Shown: positions 26,892 to 36,950 of the stretch, in pieces | How positions within the stretch are numbered: position 1 is the first letter of the stretch | How the letters are laid out: each line of letters begins with the position of its first letter | IMG/VR virus record: IMGVR_UViG_3300002030_000016 | Origin: an uncultured virus (IMG/VR IMGVR_UViG_3300002030_000016) | Taxonomy: Duplodnaviria; Heunggongvirae; Uroviricota; Caudoviricetes | DNA length: 64,000 nucleotides | Reading direction: 5' to 3' (one strand) | The notes under the pieces: model-generated | Databases searched by the model: none | Told to the model about the DNA's origin: nothing | What the model saw: only the letters and a program-made list of their open reading frames with translations | Made by a program: the position numbers and the translations under genes

Positions 26892-28057
26892 ATGAGCGAC
26901 GAAGAATTCATGATAGAAAAGGCAGTCCGTCAGGCGCTTCCGCTGATGATTGGCCTTTACGGGATGTCCGGGTGCGGGAAGACGCTTTCCGCGCTGAAGC
27001 TGGCGCGGGGTCTTGCTGGACCAGATGGCAAGATTGGCGTGATCGATACCGAGAACCGCNNNGCCGCGCCCAGCTTTATGCTGGGCGTCCTGAAATCGGT
27101 GAATATATCTGCATCACCCTCTATGAGCCGTTCCACCCAGATCGCTTCAAACAAGCCGTTAAACGCCTTGAAGCGGAAGGTTGCGCGGTCATCATCGTTG
27201 ATAGTGCCAGCGCCGAATGGGAAGGGCCGGGTGGTGTTCTGGACATGGCTGACAGTGAGAAGGACCGGACTGGAAAGACCGGCCTTCACATCTGGAATAA
27301 GCCGAAGATGAAGCACAAAGCGATGGTCCAACGCATCATCAGATCACCGGCGCACATCATCTGCTGCTGTCGCGGCAAGCACGAAATGATCCAACAGGGC
27401 AACAATGTTACCCGTGGTGACATCGTGCCAATTCAGGAAAATGGCTTCATCTACGAAATGACGATCCACATTCGCCTGCCAGATGTGAAGACCAACCTTC
27501 CTGAACTGACGAAGTGCATGGATGAACTGAAACCATACGTTGATCTGACAAAACCAATCTCTGTCGATACAGGGGCCAAGATCGCTGAATGGGTCAACAA
27601 GGGCGCAAAGGTCGATGATGATCTGAGACTGCTTTTGCTGACAGCTACCGATGCCGCCGAACGCGGGAAGGAATCGCTGAAAGCGTTCATTACATCCCTG
27701 ACTGAAGTGGAGCGCGGCCAACTAAGGCCGTATCAGACTGAAATGAACGACCTTGCCCGGTCTGCTGACCAAACGACTGAAAGCGAACCGGATGGGAATG
27801 GGGAACCAGACCCAGAGAAGGCAGCAGCAGCAGCGGCTGCGTTTGCCAAGAAGGAAAAAGGCGAAGACCCGCCGCCGGAAGAGACAGCGAAGACAGAACG
27901 GGCACCGGGGGATGACGGGAAATCACCGATGTTCCGAAAGGGGCACAGGTCGCATGGCCTCAACATCGGCTTTGATGAATACCCCGGTGATCCTGCTATC
28001 CCCAATTCCCTAGAAGACTGGCAGGCGGGCTGGAAAGCCGCTGAAGCTGGCGAATGA
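26892..28057 (+). CDS. AAA-family (Sak4-like) ATPase/recombinase; frame broken by the NNN at 27060-27062
   Basis: Walker A GMSGCGKT and IDTEN in one frame, Walker B IIVDSAS and later motifs in another; the switch coincides with the ambiguous bases. Confidence 0.85.
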
Positions 28058-28092
28058 CCGCCTGCACTTACAACGAACGGATAGGAAGCCCA

Positions 28093-29385
28093 ATGGCGAA
28101 CAAACCAAAGAAGACCAACCCCAAGAAAGCCAAGCCCACTGACGATACCGATGTCATCGAAGTGGACCCATCCCAGATCGATGATGCGGACGCCCCGATC
28201 AAACCACAGATCGATCCAAAACAGGTCGAAATGACTGACACGGGCATCGTGGTCCACGGGTCCGGCATCACGTTGGCAGATGTCTTCAAAGCTGAAGACG
28301 GTGTGGAAGTCGTGATCAAGGCCATCGAAGAAAGGGTGGCGAATGAAACACCTGATCTGACCACCCAGAAGGGCCGCGATGCCGTGAGAAAGCTGGCAGC
28401 CGATGTGTCGCGGGCCAAGGTGGCGCTGGATAACGCTGGCGACAAGGTGAAGGAAGACGCCCAGAAGGTCGTGAACGCCGTCAACGCTGATCGTAAGTTG
28501 CTGCGTGAGCGACTGGACAACTTGCGAGACAAAGCCCGGAAGCCGTTGACGGATTGGGAACAGGCTGAAGAGGCACGCAAAGGCGCATTAGCCACCCGTC
28601 TTCGCGAACTTGAATCGCTCAATAAGGTTGACCAGCAAGATAGCGCCGAAGTGCTTCAGGACCGCATCGATCAGGTCGAAGCCATCGTCATCGATGATAG
28701 CTGGGACGAATTGATCGAAGAAGCGCAAGCGTCCAAAACCTTCATCCTGACCGCTTTGAACAATGCACATGGCGTTGCTGTGGAACGTGAGGCTGAACGC
28801 GCCGAATTGGAAGAATTGCGCGCAAAACAGAAACAGCGTGAAGAGGAAGAAGCCGCTGCTGCTGAAGCCGCTGCTGCCCAAAAACGTGAAGAGGAAGAGG
28901 CAGCACGCGCGAAGGAAGAAGAGGAACGCCGCGCGAAGGAAGCTGAAGAGGCAGCAGCTAAGGCCAAAGCCGATGCTGAAGCCGCCGCTGCCAAAGCCGT
29001 TGAAGATGCAGCGCAGGCACAGCGGGAAGCCTACGAAAAGAAGGAACGGGAAGCCGAAGCGGCACGGGAAGCTGAACGGGAAGCTGAAGCCAAGCGGATT
29101 GCCGATGCAGAGGCTGCCCAGAAAGCCGCCGAAGATGCTGCCAAAGAAGCTGCTGATGCCGCTGAGAAGGCCGCACAGGACGAACGTGACCGTGTGGAGC
29201 GGGAACGCCGCAAGGAAGAGGCAGAGGAAGCCCAGCGCCGCGCTGATGCTGAACACAGGGACAAGGTGGTCACGGAAGCTGCTGAAGCGATTGCCGGGGC
29301 CACCGGCCTTGGGCTGACACGATCAAAGGCAGTCATCGAAGCCATCGCAGCGGGGAAAATCCCTAATGCTTCGATGAAGTTCTGA
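28093..29385 (+). CDS. long coiled-coil phage protein
   Basis: PDLTTQKGRDAVRKLAADVSRAK followed by an E/A/K/R-rich coiled coil; a common recombination-region gene type. Confidence 0.75.
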   Translation: MANKPKKTNPKKAKPTDDTDVIEVDPSQIDDADAPIKPQIDPKQVEMTDTGIVVHGSGITLADVFKAEDGVEVVIKAIEERVANETPDLTTQKGRDAVRKLAADVSRAKVALDNAGDKVKEDAQKVVNAVNADRKLLRERLDNLRDKARKPLTDWEQAEEARKGALATRLRELESLNKVDQQDSAEVLQDRIDQVEAIVIDDSWDELIEEAQASKTFILTALNNAHGVAVEREAERAELEELRAKQKQREEEEAAAAEAAAAQKREEEEAARAKEEEERRAKEAEEAAAKAKADAEAAAAKAVEDAAQAQREAYEKKEREAEAAREAEREAEAKRIADAEAAQKAAEDAAKEAADAAEKAAQDERDRVERERRKEEAEEAQRRADAEHRDKVVTEAAEAIAGATGLGLTRSKAVIEAIAAGKIPNASMKF

Positions 29386-29387
29386 AT

Positions 29388-29639
29388 ATGCTGTCAGAAG
29401 CGATGCTAAAGGAACTGTCTTTCCACGCAGCAGAGCCTGTTGCGTGGGCATTCCGTAGTTCGAAATGGAGAAAACCTCAGAGCCTCGGAACAGCAAGACT
29501 TCTTGCCACTCATGAGCTTCTTGAAGCCAGAAGATTTTCTGAACTAGCAGAGCGCGGGAAGCCCCGCCGCATTCATTGGGTAGAATTTGCGATTACAGAT
29601 AAAGGACGTGATGTCCTTGAGGCTTGCAATGCTGATTAG
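29388..29639 (+). CDS. hypothetical protein
   Basis: ORF filling the operon gap. Confidence 0.45.
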   Translation: MLSEAMLKELSFHAAEPVAWAFRSSKWRKPQSLGTARLLATHELLEARRFSELAERGKPRRIHWVEFAITDKGRDVLEACNAD

Positions 29640-30333
29640 AGTGGTTGATTTCGAGACAACGGGGCTGGGCGATGATGCCGAACCCGTCGAAGTCGGATGG
29701 ACTGACGTGATGGACGGGAAGGTGGGGTTGACCCGCTCTGTCTTTGTGGCCCTTGATTTCCCCGTCGTGATCGAACCAGAAGCCCGCGCCGTGCATCACA
29801 TCGACCCCAACGACGTGATGGCCTATGGCGTATCGCTGGACCGTATGAACCAGCACTTGCGCGAAGGGACGCCAGACCTTTTGGCGTCTCACTATGCCGA
29901 ATTCGACCAGAGGTTCTACAACCCCCCGGCGGGGACGGTTTGGGTTTGCACCGAAAAATGCGCCAGAGCCGCATGGGAACACGCCCCCAGCTACGGGAAC
30001 CAGACCCTGCGCTACTGGTTGAACCTGCTGGAAGTCTGCCCCATGCGCGCGACACCCTCGCACCGGGCCGGTCCAGATACCTATGTGACCGCGTTTCTGC
30101 TGCTGGCCTTGCTTAACCGATTCTCATTGGACCAGCTTATCGAGTGGACCAAAGCGCCACGGGTTTTCTGGAAGATGCCGTTCGGGAAGCACCGGGGCAA
30201 ACGGTTCGATGACCTGCCATACGACTATTTGGAATGGATTCTTTCACCCAAGGCATCCGACATGGACCCGGAAATCCGACTGGCAGCGCGCAGGGCGATG
30301 AACAAGATGGAAGGGCATTTGCCGTTCGTATGA
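29629..30333 (+). CDS. DEDDh 3'-5' exonuclease (exonuclease X-like) with C-terminal MPFGKH domain
   Basis: VVDFETTG, HYAEFD, HRAGPDTYVTA, MPFGKHRGK. Confidence 0.9.
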   Translation: MLIRVVDFETTGLGDDAEPVEVGWTDVMDGKVGLTRSVFVALDFPVVIEPEARAVHHIDPNDVMAYGVSLDRMNQHLREGTPDLLASHYAEFDQRFYNPPAGTVWVCTEKCARAAWEHAPSYGNQTLRYWLNLLEVCPMRATPSHRAGPDTYVTAFLLLALLNRFSLDQLIEWTKAPRVFWKMPFGKHRGKRFDDLPYDYLEWILSPKASDMDPEIRLAARRAMNKMEGHLPFV

Positions 30334-30761
30334 CAGATCGCATCAAACGGAAGGGCGCAACGTACCGGCTGGCGCTGCAGATCATCGCGCTGCAACTGAA
30401 GGACATGGGGGTCGAATTGATCTGCCCCCTTTGCGAAAAGCCCATCAGTTTCGAAGACCTCTACACCACCAAGAAGACTGAACGCGAACACATGATCGCG
30501 CTGATCTTCGATGGACCAGACACACCAGAGAACCAGCGCATTGTTCATTTCAAGTGCGCCAAGAAGAAAACCCACGGCAAGCGAACGAAGGGCGCTCTGG
30601 GTGGGGATATATCTGAGGGCGCACGCTCAAGGCGTCTACGGAAAAAGAATTCACCAGACTACGTGAAGCCACCGTCGCGGCTGAAATCGCGAGGGTTCCA
30701 ACAACATCCCGATCTGGTCAGGGGACCGGATGGGAAAGTCAAACCAAGGAAGCAAAAATGA
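30330..30761 (+). CDS. HNH endonuclease-like protein
   Basis: CPLC...EREHMIAL..GPDTPENQRIVHFKCAKKKT. Confidence 0.75.
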   Translation: MTDRIKRKGATYRLALQIIALQLKDMGVELICPLCEKPISFEDLYTTKKTEREHMIALIFDGPDTPENQRIVHFKCAKKKTHGKRTKGALGGDISEGARSRRLRKKNSPDYVKPPSRLKSRGFQQHPDLVRGPDGKVKPRKQK

Positions 30762-31186
30762 ACGACGAACCAGAGAAGCCAAAACTTGAAGGCAGCGACT
30801 ATTTCGGGGTGGTGATGGCAGAGGATGACCGCCGGTTGCTTCGAAACCCGCGCGTCTCTTCCGCTCTGGCCAGAGCCGGTAGGCTGGCGAAAAAACACAA
30901 CAAAAAGTTCTTCGTCCTGAAGGTGGTCAGAATGATCACCCACGAAACAGAACACGAAGGCAGACATCACGATGACCAGAACCGCCGGGAATCTTGGGAT
31001 GCGGCCTGCGCGGTGATGCAGCGAGAACGTCAACACGCCATTCGAAGCCTGAAGAAAGCAGCCAAACTGCTTAAAAGACAGTTGGGTGAAGGCGATGTCA
31101 CAGACGAAATGTCAGAACTTTCGTCTGCGATACAGACCGCAAAAGGCATACTGGATGGCAGCATCAAGCTAGATCAGGCAGAGTAA
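30758..31186 (+). CDS. hypothetical protein
   Basis: ATGA coupling. Confidence 0.55.
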   Translation: MNDEPEKPKLEGSDYFGVVMAEDDRRLLRNPRVSSALARAGRLAKKHNKKFFVLKVVRMITHETEHEGRHHDDQNRRESWDAACAVMQRERQHAIRSLKKAAKLLKRQLGEGDVTDEMSELSSAIQTAKGILDGSIKLDQAE

Positions 31187-31201
31187 AAAATATCAAATAA
31201 A

Positions 31202-31257
31202 GGGTTTGATCCCTGAATTAAGATGTGATTAAGCTGCCCCGTCCACTGAGAAGGACG
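31202..31257 (+). promoter_or_regulatory. promoter of the ter module: operator GGGTTTGATCCC over -35 TTGATC, -10 TAAGCT, then a 5' hairpin CGTCC-N8-GGACG
   Basis: AT-rich intergenic region; operator consensus match. Confidence 0.55.
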
Positions 31258-31280
31258 AAACCCTTAAATGGAGATACCCT

Positions 31281-31841
31281 ATGTTTCAACTCACGAAAGA
31301 CCAGCCGTTTGATCTGAAGAAATCGGACGGGTCAGCCGCGAACAACGTACTTGTTGGTGCGGGCTGGGATGCTTCCACTGAAGGTCAGACTGTAGACCTT
31401 GACCTTGCCGCAACCGTGTTCAACGGCACTTCAGTTGTGGACATGCTTTTCTTCGGAACGACCAACACCAACGCTGATGGCAAGAAGTCCATCGCGGGCA
31501 TGTTCCACAGCGGCGATGACCTGACCGGCGAAGGTTCGGACGATGGCCCGGACGAAGAAATCAACATCGATCTGTCTGGGGTCAATGGCGACCGCGTTGA
31601 ACTGGTCTTGAACCTCTACAACGCAGGCGACCGCAACCTTGGCATCGCCAAGAACGCATTCGTCCAAGTCAGCGGTGATGTCGAAGATGCGCGCATGACG
31701 ATCACCGAAGACATGACTGGCCATTCCATGCACATCGGCACGCTGAAAAAAGGCGATACCGGCTGGGTCTTCACGCCGCACGGCACGATGCTGGGCGATG
31801 TGGACCTGAATGGAGCGAATACCGCCCTGTCAGGCGCGTAA
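31281..31841 (+). CDS. terD: TerD-family stress protein
   Basis: VGAGWD, VDLDL, HSGDDLTGEG..DGPDEEINIDLS, NAFVQ, GWVF. Confidence 0.88.
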   Translation: MFQLTKDQPFDLKKSDGSAANNVLVGAGWDASTEGQTVDLDLAATVFNGTSVVDMLFFGTTNTNADGKKSIAGMFHSGDDLTGEGSDDGPDEEINIDLSGVNGDRVELVLNLYNAGDRNLGIAKNAFVQVSGDVEDARMTITEDMTGHSMHIGTLKKGDTGWVFTPHGTMLGDVDLNGANTALSGA

Positions 31842-31870
31842 ACCCTTCCTTCTGGCCTTTCAAACAAGGG

Positions 31871-31895
31871 GGGCAGGCATTTCAAACCCTGCCCC
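31871..31895 (+). other. GC-rich intergenic hairpin (GGGCAGG...CCTGCCC) after terD
   Basis: Inverted repeat with no U-tract; may stabilise or attenuate the mRNA. Confidence 0.4.
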
Positions 31896-31904
31896 ATTCA
31901 CATC

Positions 31905-32432
31905 ATGATTAGCATTGCTTTCACTATTTTTTCAGTGCTGGTGGCTGCACTGTTCATCTATCTGCTGGTGCCCGTGTTCAAGAAGAACAAGGCGACCGGC
32001 ATCATTTGGCTGGTGGTGCTATCCGCCGTCTGGATGGTATTTGAAATCGCACGCCCCCACGTCACTTACGAGACGATCACCGGAACAGAAGTCCGGCGGA
32101 TTGATGAAGATGGCCTTGGCCCGCTTCCGTCAGTCGATGTCCAATTCATCTACACTGCAGATCAGGCATTCCAGAACATGGATAGCTGGTGGTGGCTGAA
32201 GAAGAATTCAGACAACCTCTACCGTGACGCGAAAACGATTGAAGGGACAGATCAGTCCATGTGGATCGTTTACAACGGGGCACGCTCCACCCCGCTTTCT
32301 TGGTGGGGTAACATCATCGGGATGGGCACGTCCTTTCCGATGTTCACAGCGGTCAGAATATTCGTTTTCTACCTGATCGCACTCTTCGTGATTGGCGGCA
32401 TCGGCACACTGGTTCGACGGACCACGCGCTGA
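31905..32432 (+). CDS. DUF1523-like membrane protein
   Basis: ITGTEVRRID..DVQFIY..FQNMDSWW.LKKNSDNL..G.R..LSWWGNII flanked by TM helices. Confidence 0.7.
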   Translation: MISIAFTIFSVLVAALFIYLLVPVFKKNKATGIIWLVVLSAVWMVFEIARPHVTYETITGTEVRRIDEDGLGPLPSVDVQFIYTADQAFQNMDSWWWLKKNSDNLYRDAKTIEGTDQSMWIVYNGARSTPLSWWGNIIGMGTSFPMFTAVRIFVFYLIALFVIGGIGTLVRRTTR

Positions 32433-32474
32433 CACCCCGATCTTCCAACGACACCACCTATGGAGACATGACCA

Positions 32475-32912
32475 ATGGGCTTTTTCTCGGATAAACTTGG
32501 CGCTTTTGGCGCTTGGCTGGACAAGGCGAAAGAACAACTGGGCGGGAACCTCGCAAAATTCCAAAGCAAAGCGCAGCTTGAACGCCTTGCCGCCTGTGCC
32601 TTCTTGATTGCCAATTCTGATGGCGAAATCGATGCTGACGAAACAGACAAGTTCGTGGACATCGTGAAGCGCAACGCGCCCCAGTTCAGTGACGACGATT
32701 CCCGCGCGGCCTTTACCAAGGCAAGGGAGAACGGGGACACCAACAGCTTGCTGACTGAGATTGGGAAAGCCCCGGCTGAAGAAGGCGATACGCTGGTCAT
32801 GGCTGCCATTGCGATTGGCAGTGCTGACGGGGACTTCGATGACAAAGAAAAAGCGATGACGAAACGTATCTGTAGCGCGCTATTCATCCAGCCATCGAAG
32901 TTCGATCTGTAA
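32475..32912 (+). CDS. terB: TerB-family protein
   Basis: ACAFLIANSDGEIDADE ... AIAIGSADGDFDDKEK...ICSAL. Confidence 0.85.
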   Translation: MGFFSDKLGAFGAWLDKAKEQLGGNLAKFQSKAQLERLAACAFLIANSDGEIDADETDKFVDIVKRNAPQFSDDDSRAAFTKARENGDTNSLLTEIGKAPAEEGDTLVMAAIAIGSADGDFDDKEKAMTKRICSALFIQPSKFDL

Positions 32913-33136
32913 TGGCCGCGCCTGACATCAATGGCTTAATCGACAAGTTGAGCGGACCCCAGCGTGAACGTCTGGCAGGTATCGAAGCTGATGTCACTGG
33001 GCGGGCCACTACCATTGCGGTGCTGCGTCGGATGGGCCTTCTGAAAGAAGAGGAAGGCCGGTTCAAGCGCAGCGCCCCCCGGACACCATTGGGGCGCAAG
33101 GTGACAAAGAAGCTGCGTGAAATGGGCTATGGTTAG
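32912..33136 (+). CDS. hypothetical protein
   Basis: TAATG coupling. Confidence 0.5.
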   Translation: MAAPDINGLIDKLSGPQRERLAGIEADVTGRATTIAVLRRMGLLKEEEGRFKRSAPRTPLGRKVTKKLREMGYG

Positions 33137-33620
33137 ACAGCATGTCCCATGCGCGCATTGCAGGCACCCTTCGCGGCTGACCGATGGCCGCGAAATTTAC
33201 CCAAACCGGCGTGATCTTCGTGAACTGAAGTTCTGGCGTTGCGACCGATGCGATGCCCACGTTGGATGTCACAAGCCGGATGTGGGGCATGGTGACGGAA
33301 CCGTCGCCTACGGATACCCGGCGAACAAGGAATTGAGACGTGCAAGGAACTGGCTGCACAACAAATTTGATCCAATATGGATGGCCGCGCCGCGCAACAA
33401 GCGCCGGACCACGCGCCGCCGCCTTTATCGGATTTTGTCCCGTGGCCTGCAGATCAGCACCACTGAAAGTCACATCGGCATGTTCAACCTTCCGCAGTGC
33501 AGGAAGTGCTGGGTCTTGTTGGACAACGTGACTTGGGAACACGCCTTCGAACAGGGACGATACGACCCGTCCCTTGATCGAAATGAAACACTGGTCGTGA
33601 GAGAAGAAGGAACGGATTGA
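33129..33620 (+). CDS. DUF3268-like zinc-finger protein
   Basis: CAHC..GREIYP..WRCDRCDAHVGCH..ANKELRRAR..HNKFDPIW..HIGMF..QC. Confidence 0.8.
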   Translation: MVRQHVPCAHCRHPSRLTDGREIYPNRRDLRELKFWRCDRCDAHVGCHKPDVGHGDGTVAYGYPANKELRRARNWLHNKFDPIWMAAPRNKRRTTRRRLYRILSRGLQISTTESHIGMFNLPQCRKCWVLLDNVTWEHAFEQGRYDPSLDRNETLVVREEGTD

Positions 33621-33850
33621 TGGGATATTTACTGCTACTTTTGGTCTGGGGCTTGGGCATGATCCCCGCTTCAGACCGCTTCAAGAACAAGATTGCCAAA
33701 GTCGAAGGCGAGGATGACGGCAAGGATGCTGACGAAGCCACGTCAGACGCCAAGGACACGCTGTATTTGGTTTCAGTGATCCTGTGGCCTGTTCTGGTGC
33801 TGGTGCCGCTGTGCAAGCGCCTATACCGCATGTTCAACGAACTGACCTGA
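33617..33850 (+). CDS. small two-TM membrane protein
   Basis: Two hydrophobic segments. Confidence 0.5.
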   Translation: MMGYLLLLLVWGLGMIPASDRFKNKIAKVEGEDDGKDADEATSDAKDTLYLVSVILWPVLVLVPLCKRLYRMFNELT

Positions 33851-33856
33851 CCTGCC

Positions 33857-34198
33857 ATGCCTCGGAATATGTCATTCGCCATGACGACCGAGCAAGTCCG
33901 GGCACGCTCGAAAGACGTGACCCGGCGGTTTGGGTGGTGGTTCCTGAAGCCCGATGACATCGTGAACGCGGTGGAAAAGAGCATGGGGCTGAAGAAGGGC
34001 GAAAAGATCGTCCGGCTTTGTCAGATCAGGATCGTCAGCACCCGCGCCGAACCTTTGAACCAGATCGCGGTTGAAGACATGCCCCGCGAAGGGTTCCCAG
34101 ACATGACGACCAGCGCCTTCGTTCAGATGCTGGTCGATAACTACCGATGCGACCCGGCCAAGACGGTCAACAGAATTGAATTTGAATATTTGGAGTGA
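33857..34198 (+). CDS. ASCH-domain protein
   Basis: MSF...SKDVTRR...LKPDD...EPLNQI..EDMPREGF...VNRIEFEY. Confidence 0.8.
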   Translation: MPRNMSFAMTTEQVRARSKDVTRRFGWWFLKPDDIVNAVEKSMGLKKGEKIVRLCQIRIVSTRAEPLNQIAVEDMPREGFPDMTTSAFVQMLVDNYRCDPAKTVNRIEFEYLE

Positions 34199-34419
34199 AC
34201 GGTATGCCCACCGAAAGCACTTGCGACGACTGCAGCCATTGCAAATTGAAGACCGGCGGGGGCGGGACTTGTTACCGATACCCGCCTTCATTCTTCCCTG
34301 CACCAAACCCCCATGATCCGCGTATCTTGGACGATACGGTTTCGATCCGTCCTTGGGTTTCCCTGAAGGAACCGTCTTGTGGTGAGTTCAACCGGGCTGT
34401 CGTGGATCAAAGCCTGTGA
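34195..34419 (+). CDS. Cys-rich hypothetical protein
   Basis: CDDCSHC..GTCYRYPP..PWV..CGEF. Confidence 0.6.
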   Translation: MNGMPTESTCDDCSHCKLKTGGGGTCYRYPPSFFPAPNPHDPRILDDTVSIRPWVSLKEPSCGEFNRAVVDQSL

Positions 34420-34604
34420 TGCAGCACATCTTCAATATTCTCGCTACCCCACTTCTATTTTGGCTGTTCATGTGCTGGACGGACAATGAACCGAAAAGAA
34501 AGCTGGGACTTCTATTCCTTGGCGTTCTTGGCGTGGTCGCAACCATGCAAGGCTTTGGATTTGTAGTTCAAATAACCCCAGAAGGATCACCCGATGCCCG
34601 ATAA
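34416..34604 (+). CDS. small two-TM membrane protein
   Basis: Hydrophobicity; coupled to neighbours. Confidence 0.5.
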   Translation: MMQHIFNILATPLLFWLFMCWTDNEPKRKLGLLFLGVLGVVATMQGFGFVVQITPEGSPDAR

Positions 34605-36588
34605 ATTTCACCACTTCGCAACCGCCGTTGCCGCCCGGTTCGATGCGCTATCTGAACATGAACTATACGTCATGGACAGCGAGCGTGACGCCATCTGGGC
34701 CACGTATCTTGCTGCATTCCCCCAAGGTTCAAACGAAATCTACCGGGTCAACACCCAGCATGACTGTTCATGTTGCCGCCACTTTGTCCGCACCATCGGC
34801 AATGTGGTCGCAATCATCGACGGTCAAATCCAGACCGTCTGGGACATCGAAGGTCTTGAACATCCCTATGATGTAGTTGCAGCGTCGATGGCTGAACACG
34901 TCCGGTCCCTAAAGGTTCGAAGTGTCTTCCGAACCAAAGAACGCCAGTTTGGGGCAGCCCAGACCCGCGAACTGCTGGAAGATCAAACCACCCACACTTG
35001 GCACCACTTCGTTGCGAAGATCGCTGACCGGCACTTCAGCGCAGAAGCTGATACCCAACGTGGTCGCATTTCCAGCACGGCTGGCGTCTTCCGTCGTGGA
35101 TTGGAAGAATTGGCACCTGATAGCCTTGAGACGATCAGCGACCTGATTTCTGCCAAATCGATCTATCGCGGGGAAGAACATGATTTGGCAGTCACTTCCT
35201 TCTACAACCTTCAGCTTCAATACCGGGCAAGTGAGACGAAAGAACTGTTCGTCTGGGAGAACATCCGGTCGCCATACGCCACCTTCCGCAACAGCGTGAT
35301 TGGAACGCTGGCGCAAGATTTGAGCGAAGGCAAAGACCTTGAAGCAGCGGTCAAATCGTTCGAAACGAAGGTGGCCCCAGAGAACTACAAACGCCCAACG
35401 TCTCTGATCACTCCACGCATGATCGATGACGCGATGGCGACCATCACAAGTCTGGGCTTCGAAACCGCCTTGGAACGTCGCTACGCTCGCCTGTCTGATG
35501 TCAGCATCAACGATGTCTTGTTCGCTGATAACTCAGTTCGTGATGTGATGAAGGATGGTGGGCTTCGCGGTGCCCTGATGGAAGAAGCGGTGAAGTCCGC
35601 ACCCAACATGGACAATGCAGTCGAAATTGGGATTGACGAATTCTTGGCGGATGTTGTCCCGAAAACAACCGCTCTGGACCTGCTGGTTGAAAATTCGATG
35701 ATGGGCAACTTTGTTAGCCTGACCGCGCCGATCCACTTGGACGCGAAGCTGATCTTCAAATGGCGCAACCCCTTCGCATGGTCATACGATGGGGACGTTG
35801 CCGATTCCGTGATCAAAGATCGCGTGAAGCGCGCCGGTGGGAAGGTCGATGCTGATCTTCGCGTTAGTCTCGCATGGTTCAATCACGACGATCTGGACAT
35901 CCATGTCCGTGATCCACGCGGACGGCACATCCACTATGGCAACAAGCTGGGCCTTCTTGACGTAGATATGAACGTCAGCCCTACCACACGGACCCCTGTT
36001 GAGAACGTCCGCTGGGACAACCCGGCGGATGGGGACTATGTGGTCAGCGTTCACAACTTCACCCACCGTGAAAACCGCGATGTGGGCTTCGTCCTTGAGA
36101 CTGAAAGCGAAACCGGCGCAATCGAGACGTTCACCTACGACCACGAAGTCAGGAACAACCGGGAAGTCCAATGCCTGACCCTGACGGTCGAAGGTGGGAG
36201 ACTGAAAGGCGTGAAAGTCGAAAAAGGTTTGACCCGCGATGCCGCCGGTCAGGAAAAGTGGGGCGTCCGCACCCAATCAATGGTGAAGGTCAACACCCTG
36301 ATGTTAAGCCCGAACCACTGGGGCAACGCATCGACCGGCAACCGCCACTTCATCTTCATGCTGGATGGGTGCAAGAACCCCGGAACCACGCGGGGCATCT
36401 ATAACGAATTCCTGCCATCGGCACTGGAAGGCCACCGCAAGGTCTTTGAAGTGCTTGGCGCGAAGACCAAATGCCAGCCCGCTGACGAACAGCTTAGTGG
36501 TCTGGGCTTTTCCTCCACCCGCGATGCCAACGTGATGTTTCATGTGAAACATTCGGGTCAGCAGCGCGCCTATAGCGTCAAATTCTGA
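34594..36588 (+). CDS. large conserved phage protein with a YfaP/DUF2135-like C-terminal domain
   Basis: HDCSCCRHF near the N-terminus; LRVSLAWFNHDDLDIHV..LDVDMN..PVENVRW..Y.VSVHNF. Confidence 0.75.
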   Translation: MPDKFHHFATAVAARFDALSEHELYVMDSERDAIWATYLAAFPQGSNEIYRVNTQHDCSCCRHFVRTIGNVVAIIDGQIQTVWDIEGLEHPYDVVAASMAEHVRSLKVRSVFRTKERQFGAAQTRELLEDQTTHTWHHFVAKIADRHFSAEADTQRGRISSTAGVFRRGLEELAPDSLETISDLISAKSIYRGEEHDLAVTSFYNLQLQYRASETKELFVWENIRSPYATFRNSVIGTLAQDLSEGKDLEAAVKSFETKVAPENYKRPTSLITPRMIDDAMATITSLGFETALERRYARLSDVSINDVLFADNSVRDVMKDGGLRGALMEEAVKSAPNMDNAVEIGIDEFLADVVPKTTALDLLVENSMMGNFVSLTAPIHLDAKLIFKWRNPFAWSYDGDVADSVIKDRVKRAGGKVDADLRVSLAWFNHDDLDIHVRDPRGRHIHYGNKLGLLDVDMNVSPTTRTPVENVRWDNPADGDYVVSVHNFTHRENRDVGFVLETESETGAIETFTYDHEVRNNREVQCLTLTVEGGRLKGVKVEKGLTRDAAGQEKWGVRTQSMVKVNTLMLSPNHWGNASTGNRHFIFMLDGCKNPGTTRGIYNEFLPSALEGHRKVFEVLGAKTKCQPADEQLSGLGFSSTRDANVMFHVKHSGQQRAYSVKF

Positions 36589-36598
36589 AGGAAAGAAA

Positions 36599-36901
36599 AT
36601 GCGTAAACTCTATAAATATCACGAAGATTGTGGCCGGATGGGAAGCCTTGAAGGCTTGGTGATCCTCACACCTGAAGAACTATCATGGCTTAAAGCGCAC
36701 TCCGAAAAGCTGCGTTGGGATGAAGTTCTTGGGAAGCATTCCAGCGGAACCTATGTGTTCGATGACGATACACTGAATCTGGTTCCAATCACTGACGCCG
36801 CTGTTGAAGAACTTTTCGCAGCCCTTGGCAGCACGTTAAGCGGCTGCATCGATATGCCATCCTTGAAGGAATTGGCCAGCTACCAAGTCGAAGAAAACTA
36901 G
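36599..36901 (+). CDS. hypothetical protein
   Basis: RBS AAGGA; DCGRMGSLEGL..EVLGKHS. Confidence 0.65.
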   Translation: MRKLYKYHEDCGRMGSLEGLVILTPEELSWLKAHSEKLRWDEVLGKHSSGTYVFDDDTLNLVPITDAAVEELFAALGSTLSGCIDMPSLKELASYQVEEN

Positions 36902-36906
36902 CCAAC

Positions 36907-36929
36907 CCTGTTGCATTTTTTGCAACAGG
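36907..36929. other. perfect 9-bp inverted repeat CCTGTTGCA-TTTTT-TGCAACAGG (hairpin or protein site)
   Basis: Seen directly in the intergenic gap. Confidence 0.55.
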
Positions 36930-36950
36930 CCAACCACAGGAGACGACACC

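Noticed and set aside
27060..27062. Frameshift or pseudogenisation of the AAA ATPase
   Set aside because: The frame change coincides with NNN, so it is an assembly gap of wrong length rather than biology
28790..29260. Repetitive GAA/GCT-rich tract as a DNA repeat element
   Set aside because: Explained by the low-complexity E/A/K/R coiled-coil protein sequence
31200..31265. Hammerhead-ribozyme-like look (GTCC..GGAC-GAAAC with AAGGGTTT/AAACCCTT pairing)
   Set aside because: The CUGANGA core before stem II is absent (CTGCCCC instead); treated as promoter, operator and 5' hairpin
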